Made by a program: the position numbers and the translations under genes | NCBI GenBank assembly: GCA_044892505.1 | Contig: CM097883.1 | Coordinates: 330,832,001 to 330,896,000 of the forward strand | Direction of reading: 5' to 3' | Length of the DNA stretch: 64,000 nt | Origin: Schmidtea nova | Taxonomy: Eukaryota | Notes under the pieces: generated by a model | What the model was told of the DNA's origin: nothing | The model's database searches: none | The model's input: only the letters and a program-made list of their open reading frames with translations | Shown: positions 12,301-24,600 of the stretch, one piece after another | How positions within the stretch are numbered: position 1 is the stretch's first letter | How the letters are laid out: each line of letters opens with the position of its first letter

Positions 12301-15300
12301 TGATAATTTTATATTAATTTAAATATATTAATAATTTATCATAGTAAATATAGTTATAAATAAAATATATTATTATTAGAATTATATAAGACTAGATCAA
12401 AATAATTTTTGGTTGTTCGATACATTTCATATATTATCATCCATTCATTTTCTTAAACTTTTTCTATTGATAATTTAAAAATCATTTTAATTATTGATAA
12501 TTTAATAATTTTAATTAATGAAAATTTAATATTAATTTTAATTATTGATAATTTAATAATTTTAATTAATGAAATTTTAATATTAATTTTAATTATTGAT
12601 AATTTAATAATAATTTAAATATATTTATATTTATAATTTAATATTAATTATAATATTAATTATAATATTAATTTAACATAGTAAATATTGTTATAAATAA
12701 AATTTATTATTATTAGAATTATATAAGACTAGATCAAAATAATTTTTGGTTGTTCGATACATTTCATATATTATCATCCATTCATTTTCTTAAACTTTTT
12801 CTATTGATAATTTAAAAATCATTTTAATTATTGATAATTTAATAATTTTAATTAATGAAAATTTAATATTAATTTTAATTATTGATAATTTAATAATAAT
12901 TTATTAATGAAAATTTAATATTAATTTTAATTATTGATAATTTAATAATAATTTAAATATATTTATATTTATAATTTAATATTAATTATAATATTAATTA
13001 TAATATTAATTTAACATAGTAAATATTGTTATAAATAAAATTTATTATTATTAGAATTATATAAGACTAGATCAAAATAATTTTTGGTTGTTCGATACAT
13101 TTCATATATTTTCATCCATTCATTTTCTTAAACTTTTGCTATTGATAATTTAAAAATAATTTTAATTATTGATAATTTAATAATTTTTAATAATGACAAT
13201 TTAATATTAATTTTAATTATTGATAATTTAATAATTTTAAATATTGATAATTTTATATTAATTTAAATATATTAATAATTTATCATAGTAAATATAGTTA
13301 TAAATAAAATATATTATTATTAGAATTATATAAGACTAGATCAAAATAATTTTTGGTTGTTCGATACATTTCATATATTATCATCCATTCATTTTCTTAA
13401 ACTTTTTCTATTGATAATTTAAAAATCATTTTAATTATTGATAATTTAATAATTTTAATTAATGAAAATTTAATATTAATTTTAATTATTGATAATTTAA
13501 TAATTTTAATTAATGAAATTTTAATATTAATTTTAATTATTGATAATTTAATAATAATTTAAATATATTTATATTTATAATTTAATATTAATTATAATAT
13601 TAATTATAATATTAATTTAACATAGTAAATATTGTTATAAATAAAATTTATTATTATTAGAATTATATAAGACTAGATCAAAATAATTTTTGGTTGTTCG
13701 ATACATTTCATATATTATCATCCATTCATTTTCTTAAACTTTTTCTATTGATAATTTAAAAATCATTTTAATTATTGATAATTTAATAATTTTAATTAAT
13801 GAAAATTTAATATTAATTTTAATTATTGATAATTTAATAATAATTTATTAATGAAAATTTAATATTAATTTTAATTATTGATAATTTAATAATAATTTAA
13901 ATATATTTATATTTATAATTTAATATTAATTATAATATTAATTATAATATTAATTTAACATAGTAAATATTGTTATAAATAAAATTTATTATTATTAGAA
14001 TTATATAAGACTAGATCAAAATAATTTTTGGTTGTTCGATACATTTCATATATTTTCATCCATTCATTTTCTTAAACTTTTGCTATTGATAATTTAAAAA
14101 TAATTTTAATTATTGATAATTTAATAATTTTTAATAATGACAATTTAATATTAATTTTAATTATTGATAATTTAATAATTTTAAATATTGATAATTTTAT
14201 ATTAATTTAAATATATTAATAATTTATCATAGTAAATATAGTTATAAATAAAATATATTATTATTAGAATTATATAAGACTAGATCAAAATAATTTTTGG
14301 TTGTTCGATACATTTCATATATTATCATCCATTCATTTTCTTAAACTTTTTCTATTGATAATTTAAAAATCATTTTAATTATTGATAATTTAATAATTTT
14401 AATTAATGAAAATTTAATATTAATTTTAATTATTGATAATTTAATAATTTTAATTAATGAAATTTTAATATTAATTTTAATTATTGATAATTTAATAATA
14501 ATTTAAATATATTTATATTTATAATTTAATATTAATTATAATATTAATTATAATATTAATTTAACATAGTAAATATTGTTATAAATAAAATTTATTATTA
14601 TTAGAATTATATAAGACTAGATCAAAATAATTTTTGGTTGTTCGATACATTTCATATATTATCATCCATTCATTTTCTTAAACTTTTTCTATTGATAATT
14701 TAAAAATCATTTTAATTATTGATAATTTAATAATTTTAATTAATGAAAATTTAATATTAATTTTAATTATTGATAATTTAATAATTTTAATTAATGAAAT
14801 TTTAATATTAATTTTAATTATTGATAATTTAATAATAATTTAAATATATTTATATTTATAATTTAATATTAATTATAATATTAATTTAACATAGTAAATA
14901 TTGTTATAAATAAAATTTATTATTATTAGAATTATATAAGACTAGATCAAAATAATTTTTGGTTGTTCGATACATTTCATATATTTTCATCCATTCATTT
15001 TCTTAAACTTTTGCTATTGATAATTTAAAAATAATTTTAATTATTGATAATTTAATAATTTTTAATAATGACAATTTAATATTAATTTTAATTATTGATA
15101 ATTTAATAATTTTAAATATTGATAATTTTATATTAATTTAAATATATTAATAATTTATCATAGTAAATATAGTTATAAATAAAATATATTATTATTAGAA
15201 TTATATAAGACTAGATCAAAATAATTTTTGGTTGTTCGATACATTTCATATATTATCATCCATTCATTTTCTTAAACTTTTTCTATTGATAATTTAAAAA

Positions 15301-18192
15301 TCATTTTAATTATTGATAATTTAATAATTTTAATTAATGAAAATTTAATATTAATTTTAATTATTGATAATTTAATAATTTTAATTAATGAAATTTTAAT
15401 ATTAATTTTAATTATTGATAATTTAATAATAATTTAAATATATTTATATTTATAATTTAATATTAATTATAATATTAATTATAATATTAATTTAACATAG
15501 TAAATATTGTTATAAATAAAATTTATTATTATTAGAATTATATAAGACTAGATCAAAATAATTTTTGGTTGTTCGATACATTTCATATATTATCATCCAT
15601 TCATTTTCTTAAACTTTTTCTATTGATAATTTAAAAATCATTTTAATTATTGATAATTTAATAATTTTAATTAATGAAAATTTAATATTAATTTTAATTA
15701 TTGATAATTTAATAATAATTTATTAATGAAAATTTAATATTAATTTTAATTATTGATAATTTAATAATAATTTAAATATATTTATATTTATAATTTAATA
15801 TTAATTATAATATTAATTATAATATTAATTTAACATAGTAAATATTGTTATAAATAAAATTTATTATTATTAGAATTATATAAGACTAGATCAAAATAAT
15901 TTTTGGTTGTTCGATACATTTCATATATTTTCATCCATTCATTTTCTTAAACTTTTGCTATTGATAATTTAAAAATAATTTTAATTATTGATAATTTAAT
16001 AATTTTTAATAATGACAATTTAATATTAATTTTAATTATTGATAATTTAATAATTTTAAATATTGATAATTTTATATTAATTTAAATATATTAATAATTT
16101 ATCATAGTAAATATAGTTATAAATAAAATATATTATTATTAGAATTATATAAGACTAGATCAAAATAATTTTTGGTTGTTCGATACATTTCATATATTAT
16201 CATCCATTCATTTTCTTAAACTTTTTCTATTGATAATTTAAAAATCATTTTAATTATTGATAATTTAATAATTTTAATTAATGAAAATTTAATATTAATT
16301 TTAATTATTGATAATTTAATAATTTTAATTAATGAAATTTTAATATTAATTTTAATTATTGATAATTTAATAATAATTTAAATATATTTATATTTATAAT
16401 TTAATATTAATTATAATATTAATTATAATATTAATTTAACATAGTAAATATTGTTATAAATAAAATTTATTATTATTAGAATTATATAAGACTAGATCAA
16501 AATAATTTTTGGTTGTTCGATACATTTCATATATTATCATCCATTCATTTTCTTAAACTTTTTCTATTGATAATTTAAAAATCATTTTAATTATTGATAA
16601 TTTAATAATTTTAATTAATGAAAATTTAATATTAATTTTAATTATTGATAATTTAATAATTTTAATTAATGAAATTTTAATATTAATTTTAATTATTGAT
16701 AATTTAATAATAATTTAAATATATTTATATTTATAATTTAATATTAATTATAATATTAATTTAACATAGTAAATATTGTTATAAATAAAATTTATTATTA
16801 TTAGAATTATATAAGACTAGATCAAAATAATTTTTGGTTGTTCGATACATTTCATATATTTTCATCCATTCATTTTCTTAAACTTTTGCTATTGATAATT
16901 TAAAAATCATTTTAATTATTGATAATTTAATAATTTTAATTAATGAAAATTTAATATTAATTTTAATTATTGATAATTTAATAATTTTAAATATTGATAA
17001 TTTTATATTAATTTAAATATATTGATAATTTATCATAGTAAATATAGTTATAAATAAAATATATTATTATTAGAATTATATAAGACTAGATCAAAATAAT
17101 TTTTGGTTGTTCGATACATTTCATATATTATCATCCATTCATTTTCTTAAACTTTTGCTATTGATAATTTAAAAATCATTTTAATTATTGATAATTTAAT
17201 AATTTTAATTAAGGAAAATTTAATATTAATTTTAATTATTGATAATTTAATAATAATTTATTAATGAAAATTTAATATTAATTTTAATTATTGATAATTT
17301 AATAATAATTTAAATATATTTATATTTATAATTTAATATTAATTATAATATTAATTATAATATTAATTTAACATAGTAAATATTGTTATAAATAAAATTT
17401 ATTATTATTAGAATTATATAAGACTAGATCAAAATAATTTTTGGTTGTTCGATACATTTCATATATTTTCATCCATTCATTTTCTTAAACTTTTGCTATT
17501 GATAATTTAAAAATAATTTTAATTATTGATAATTTAATAATTTTTAATAATGACAATTTAATATTAATTTTAATTATTGATAATTTAATAATTTTAAATA
17601 TTGATAATTTTATATTAATTTAAATATATTAATAATTTATCATAGTAAATATAGTTATAAATAAAATATATTATTATTAGAATTATATAAGACTAGATCA
17701 AAATAATTTTTGGTTGTTCGATACATTTCATATATTATCATCCATTCATTTTCTTAAACTTTTTCTATTGATAATTTAAAAATCATTTTAATTATTGATA
17801 ATTTAATAATTTTAATTAATGAAAATTTAATATTAATTTTAATTATTGATAATTTAATAATTTTAATTAATGAAATTTTAATATTAATTTTAATTATTGA
17901 TAATTTAATAATAATTTAAATATATTTATATTTATAATTTAATATTAATTATAATATTAATTATAATATTAATTTAACATAGTAAATATTGTTATAAATA
18001 AAATTTATTATTATTAGAATTATATAAGACTAGATCAAAATAATTTTTGGTTGTTCGATACATTTCATATATTTTCATCCATTCATTTTCTTACACTTTT
18101 GCTATTGATAATTTTATATTAATTTAAATATATTAATAATTTATCATAGTAAATATAGTTATAAATAAAATATATTATTATTAGAATTATAT
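9399..18192. repeat. AT-rich satellite array, 29 core motifs, long (325-338 bp) and short (269 bp) monomers in higher-order repeats
   Basis: The core ACTAGATCAAAATAATTTTTGGTTGTTCGATACATTTC recurs at 9421, 9747, 10016, 10354, 10623 and onward to 17692 and 18029. Confidence 0.97.
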
Positions 18193-18396
18193 AAATGGCA
18201 CTGTGTTATCGCGCAATAAAACAATCAGCTTTAATTTCTTGTTCTGTTTCATTGATTTTTACGGTATTTCGATATAAATGCTTTCTATATTTTTCAATCA
18301 TTTATTTACTTTATTTTATTTTAATACTATTTTTGTTAAGTTTTATTTATTATCCTACTAAAGGATTTGGGAATTTATATGTTTAATTGCTTCCAG

Positions 18397-18498
18397 AAAA
18401 TCGACAAGCACAATATTGAATTTAATCACAATGAATTAGTGGAATTCTATAATGTTTTCGAAACGATACAAGATCATCTAGATTCAATGAGTAGATAG
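18397..18498 (+). CDS. COMMD10: COMMD10 exon 3 (terminal)
   Basis: TTCCAG acceptor. KIDKHNIEFNHNELVEFYNVFETIQDHLDSMSR* parallels the COMMD10 C-terminus [24 protein letters not shown]. The spliced CDS is 188 aa. Confidence 0.85.
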   Translation, partial: KIDKHNIEFNHNELVEFYNVFETIQDHLDSMSR

Positions 18499-19023
18499 AG
18501 GCCTCTTTATATAATTATTTGTTGTGATTTCGTTTGAATTTGAGCGTGAAATTATTTAATCAATTTAATAACATTTCAATCAATAAATTGTTTTTGTCTT
18601 TTTAATATAATGTGAAATATTGATTTTTACATATTTTGTTGGTTATCTATTGTTGTTGTTTTGATCTATTAATTAGGTTGAATGATTAAATTAGTTTTGT
18701 TAAAATTTAATAAATTAATTTTTTTAAATTGTTAATAAAATAATCAATTTAAAATTGATTTTTGGATTGATTTTTAAAAAAATTGAAATAATATTTAAAA
18801 ATTTTTAATCTTTATCTAATTATATTTTATAATTTGTTTCAATAAATATATTCATTTTCATTAATTATTATTATTATACATCAAAAATAATATTACCATG
18901 GAAATGTTTTCTATTGAATTGGTTTCTTTTTAAAATTTCTATTTTAATTCGTATTTAATTATTTCTTATTTTGTAAAATTACGTTTTTATCAAAATAATA
19001 TTATATAAATAATTCTTAATTTA

Positions 19024-19300
19024 ATGATAACTCTTACGATGAATAATATAAAAACAGGTTATATTATATCGCCTGTTTTAATTATGGACAATGCGCGAAT
19101 CCACCATTATGGAAACCTAAATTTTGAAGGATTTCAAGTTTTATACCTGCCTGCTTATTGTCCATTTTTAAATCCCATTGAAAACTGCTTTAGTAAATGC
19201 AAGAATTTGGTTATCAGAAGCGGATTTACAACTGAAGTCTAATTGAAAAATCGAATTGAAAGTTCCTTTGATGAAATAACTACATCATGTCGTCAAATCG
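19024..19300 (+). pseudogene. Tc1/IS630-like DDE transposase C-terminal fragment
   Basis: VLIMDNARIHH...YLPAYCPFLNPIENCFSKCK, followed by an in-frame stop at 19240-19242. A tandem 19-bp gacttaatcaaatgtaac pair at 19440-19478 may be the right terminus. Confidence 0.8.
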
Positions 19301-19844
19301 AAAGATTATTGAGTGTTAATAAATTTATTATTAGCTGTTCTATTTATTATTTTTATTTTATATATGGTGATTTTGCGTTATACTATATATAGTTAATATA
19401 CCTAAGTATTTTTTTATGTAATTTATATTTTTTTTAATTGACTTAATCAAATGTAACTGACTTAATCAAATGTAACAGCGTCGAGATGGATTGCAACAAC
19501 GACGTAATTGATCGAAAAACACGGCAAGGTATCCTGGCACAATGTCATCAATGAGTACAACCTAGCACCATGACGAATAAAGACACGGTTGACAATCAAA
19601 TCGAATGTATGGCAACAGCTCTAGAGACCATTTCATAGAACCTGACAACAATGTTAACCAATTTCGCATGCAGAATTGAGTATTCAAGTGAATATTCAGA
19701 GAAAACAAGTTATTGCGGCGTAAGACATCATTCATTGGCCGATATTCCTTGCGCCAGTCAAGTGAGACCATTCATGGTCTTGCGTTGCCTGACAAGCTCT
19801 ATATAAACCCGTCGACTTTTTATCAGATCTATCATTTGTTGAAT

Positions 19845-20430
19845 ATGATACTTTCTATTTTTTTCGCTGTGCTGCTGACTAAATGCGTTTACGGTAGGAA
19901 TTTGTTTGATAATGTTTTTGATTGGCCTTTCAATGCGATTCCTATGTGCAGGAGAGGAGCAGGACGGATACCATTTCACGAAAACTCGAATGTACTATGA
20001 TGCCGCCGTGATATATTGTGCTGATAAACAGAGCAAATTGGTGACAATTGACAATGAAGCTGCAAATGTTGAATATTCGATGGAAATTTAAACAAATTAA
20101 TAATTTTATTAACGCTTCAGCTATATCTCTACAATTTGGCAGTGAAAAATGGACTAGGGACCTTCTGGATAAATGCCAATGACATCAAATACGAATCGGA
20201 TTGGAAGAATACAGATGGAGCATTATTGACATACAAGTATATAAGAAATAGAGATAGAGATAGAATTAATAACTGATATAGACCTTGGCATACTGTTGAA
20301 CCCAATGGTGGACGATAATGAGAATTGTGTTCATGGCGCTTTCTACCCGAACGGCCTCTGGAATGGTATACCGTGTACGACCTTGAATTCGGTGATCTGT
20401 GATCCACTAAAAGGAGTTCGTCGACGATAA
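19845..20430 (+). pseudogene. Secreted single-domain C-type lectin (EPN type), 4 exons, one frameshift
   Basis: Exons 19845-19893, 19952-20067, 20121-20236 and 20282-20430 with GT-AG introns of 58, 53 and 45 bp. Signal peptide, YC, FWI, EPN, ENCV, WNG.PC and VIC motifs. A +1 shift near 20313-20319 creates TAA. Confidence 0.8.
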
Positions 20431-20550
20431 ATATCTTTTTATTAAATAAATATTATATCATTATTTAGACTTTGTTTATTATTTTGTTTTACTATAATTT
20501 GATATTACCCTTTATACAATCACTAACATCAATTATTTTTTATTTTTATC

Positions 20551-20581
<31 letters not shown>

Positions 20582-21298
20582 TTATTATTATTATTATTAT
20601 ATTTTAATAAACCCTTAAATAAACATGGCAAAGTTTAAATTAACGAAAAACGTCACTCATATAATTGTATTAATATATATTTTGGCAGACTCCCTGTCAT
20701 CTTCACGCAATAGTCATTTAGAAGAAAAACTGTTTAATTTTTTTAATTAAAAGAATTTATTAAATATAATTTTATAAATTTTAAATATTATTTTGAAAAA
20801 AACATTTTTCTTTTTATTAAAAAAATTATTTTTCTGAAAAATGATTTAAAAAATTTTTGTCATAAACCAATTTTTAAAATTTTTTTAAAATATTTTAATT
20901 TTAACAAAACAATTTTTATCATTCAATTCTTTTAATACAAAAACACACTTATGCTAATATCCAAACTATGTAAAACACTTCTGCACATTTTGAAATAGAA
21001 GCACTTATTGATTGGTTTTAAGTAAAGATATCCAATTAATACATCAAAGAATGTCAAGAAGAATATTGGAATAAGAGAAAACACGCACAAAGTTCTGAGA
21101 TAAAATAACTATCATCAATTGAAGAGATATCGTTTATCAAAACTAATGAATTTTGTTGGGAAATTTGTACTGAATGGCGTATTAGAAATTGAATTCCTCT
21201 ATTAAAGAGCAAAAGTAGTGTGCATTTTGAGAAATTAACAAACTTGACAAAATATTTTGAAATTTTGAAGATTGTAGTTAAGAATACTGTGCTAAATA

Positions 21299-21420
21299 AG
21301 TAGTATATAAAAGGTAGATGGAAGCCGGGAGCTTAACGTACATATTTCAAGGTCATTCTATAAACTCATGGCCTTAAAAAATGTACTTCTCCGACTTCCA
21401 TCTACCTTTTGTATACTACT
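21299..21420. repeat. 122-bp element with about 33-bp terminal inverted repeats (AGTAGT...ACTACT)
   Basis: agtagtatataaaaggtagatggaagccgggag pairs with ctccgacttccatctaccttttgtatactact; no target-site duplication seen. Confidence 0.75.
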
Positions 21421-21547
21421 CTCCATCAAAAAAGAAGTATAAAATAAAATAATATATTATATAATTTTTAAATTTAATTATTTTTAAAATTTAATTATTT
21501 TAAAATTTATAAATTAGAATTATATAATAAAAAATTAAGTTAAAAAA

Positions 21548-21679
21548 ATGGTGAGCCAAAGGCAAAAGTTTTGTAAATACTGTAATAAAGATTATAAAAA
21601 TTCTTATTTTGATAATCATTTAAATACAAAATTACACAAGGATAATGTTGCAAAAGGTTTAAATTATGAGCCTAAATAG
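21548..21679 (+). CDS. 43-aa micro-ORF with a single C2H2 (matrin/JAZ-like) zinc finger
   Basis: MVSQRQKFCKYCNKDYKNSYFDNHLNTKLHKDN has CxxC-x11-H-x5-H spacing; it is below the ORF-track size cutoff. Confidence 0.4.
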   Translation: MVSQRQKFCKYCNKDYKNSYFDNHLNTKLHKDNVAKGLNYEPK

Positions 21680-24600
21680 TTCCGGAAAAAATTATTCCAC
21701 CATTTAATATTGATGATTATATTGGTTTTAATTTTCTAGAAACATTAGAAATTGAAGAAGGAAATTTTAAAAATTCAACAGCAATAAAATATATTAAAAT
21801 TAAAAAACTTGTGTTATTGATGTAAATGGTTTCAAAACTATTATGGAAAGTTATTATGAACATTTTAAAAAACCATTCATATTTTATATTGGTGTACAAA
21901 TTCCTTATGAACAATTCAAAGAAATTAATTATGTTACAATGTTTCGTTAATTTACAGCTAAAAAAATATCAAAATAAGTTTAATATAATAAATACAATAT
22001 TTTTTTGTGAATCCGAAAATCCGGAGCAAACCCTAAGAATACCTAGAGTTTCTAGATTGAATGAATTTTTCAGTACAACCGATAAAGGTAGGTGCTCTCG
22101 TACGAGTAAATGCAAATAATCGATAAATATATTCACAAAGTTTTATACCGTAGTTTTCCCCATTAAATTAAAACCACAGTCAGAACCAGATTTGTTTCCG
22201 GCTTCCTACGTCTGAACTCGTCGCAACAAGCTACAATGACATCATTAACCTACAGGAGTAGCTGTAGCCAACTTTGATTGTGCGTTTTGTGTGAATCCGT
22301 AAGCTTGAAAATCAAACAGTTCAACCTGAGTAGAAATTCCAAAAATCATAACGTTTAAAAATTAATTTTTTAGTCGCGTTGACATCCACGAGCTCCTCGA
22401 GAAAATTGTCGCGATAATTTTTTTATAATTAGTAATAGTGGGTGCGAGGTAAGACACGATGGTAAGCGAGAATATTTTTGCGTGCACGAACTGCTATTTG
22501 ATGATGTAATAGCATCTCACTTAATTTCCAGTGAGATGTGGAATGAATAAACCCGGAGAAATGTAGACCGTTAATGGCAGCATTAATGGATTAGCGTCGG
22601 TAAAATAAAAAAGTGGTAGTAGTTGTTGAGTGTGAGGGAATGAAATTCAAATTTAAATGCCAAGGGATAACTAGTAGTAGCAACATTTTCTTAATGGGTA
22701 AATGGAAGAATTGTGATGAATTGATGCTGCCACTAATGGGTTTTGCATTAGTGAGAGTTAATTTTTTCGTCTAAGCCACTTTAGCCTTTTCCGCGACAAT
22801 ATAGATGAGGTCCTCTGTCATGGGAGCCAAGAGTGACCGATAGACCTTGACTGAGAGTATCCCAAAGACTGCCTGAAGTACTTCGTGGAGACCCCGAGCG
22901 GGATCCCGGGCAGGTACACAATCCAATACACAGGAACAATACCCCAAGAGAAAATTTTGGAGATGGAAAGATTTGTTTTCGGTCCCGCCCCGTCTGACGA
23001 ACCCACAGACTCTCCGAATAGTCTCTCGGTGGCGTGAACAGTTGTAGTGATTTGATGTTGCATTGTTAATCTGTGTTTTAGTTTAAAAATATTAATTTTC
23101 GTGTTCAAATTATTTGTTGTTGTTGTTTTATTGTAAGTTATTTTACTGTAGCTAGTGTAGTATATAGAACCATGACATTAAATGAGGAGATAGAGTTGAT
23201 TATAGTTAAAATATAGTTGCGGGTAAAAACAGTAAATCCATAGCGCCACTTCAATATTTTGTAGGTACGAACCCGAGTAACGGAAAGGTAGGAAAGGTAT
23301 AACGGGAAAGGAAATGAGTCGCGCTAACCTTTATAACGAATATGAATTTCAGATGTTTTTCAGAGGTAAATGTATCAAACAAGTACCAACATGAATGAGA
23401 CTCAAGAGCTGAACGGGAAGGAAAGCTCCATCACGTTCGTCAGAATTATCGGAAGTTTGAAACAGAGAATCTTAGACTTAGAAGACCATTATTTTACCCA
23501 TAGTGAGATGAAGGCATTCCGAGATAATTATTGTGAACCACATGTGCCTTGGACTATTGTAAATTAGAGTAAGAAGACAACTGAATAGAACTGCCGGAGG
23601 ATCGTCACTCAGCAGTTTGTGGAGAAAGATTTAAGGGAGCTCATACGGCCAATTACCCTGACGAACTGGTACCCAGTGACCAAAGATGAGGATAACACTC
23701 ACGCGGATATAGGACTTATCCAACCGAAGAAAAGGAAGCGCTGACGCACCAGTGCACAACGACGGCGTCGTGCGAAACAACGTCTCAAAAAAGAGCTGAC
23801 GAAGTCGCCGATAGACTCAAATGCAACATTCATTGACAATGAAAGACGACTAAATTAACTTATGGTGTAATTGTGTTATGGGATTTAATTATATGTATTA
23901 TATAACCATCTCTGTTGTTTTCGTATTAGTATTTGAATAATTTTGTGTTTCTATCCAAATACAATTATTAATCGAAAGTGTTTTCCCGACGAATAGATGA
24001 ATAAGGTTTAACTAGTGGATTGAAAACGGACACCCGAAATTAGTGACCAGCGCAAGGATGAGCGTAAAGGAATAACATGACCTTATATCGTTCTAGCAAA
24101 ACCAGTACGAGTGACAAATCAAAAGTAGTTCTTGTAAAGGAGCTCACTTGTCGATTTGCAGTCGGCTGTCATGCACAGTACCAACGTAAATAACTAGGTG
24201 TTGTGGCAGCCAAATAAATTCAATTATTCAATTTGAGATAGAAAAGGATTTTTTTTTGAGATAGATAGGATTTCGTGCTAAAGATTTTATGGGAAGGAGA
24301 CTCTTCCTGGCCTTTACGTGAAGGATTTTCCAAACCACGACACCGCCGACGGTTTCTCGAGCTTCGTGATTTAGATGATACTCCCAGATGGCTCCTACAC
24401 TTCGAGCCCATAGAGTACTGAGTCCTCCAACAGCTGGGGTATATTATCCTTGGTAGGCCCCGCAACATCCACAGTGGAGAAGTTGTTCCGTATCCAAACA
24501 TAGCTTGGCAATTTCAAGAGGCTTGAAAATACAGATCCTCTTGGGCCGCTACCATCCAATTCGAGGAAATATTTATCTACGGCGATAAATTATGTCGGAA

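Noticed and set aside
9399-18192. Conserved core plus variable intervals as a CRISPR-like array
   Set aside because: The intervals are themselves repeated, there are no unique spacers or cas genes, and the context is eukaryotic.
19480-19800. GC-moderate segment with ORFs 19562-19771 and 19713-20000
   Set aside because: No recognisable motif; the 19713 ORF only overlaps the lectin signal exon and first intron.
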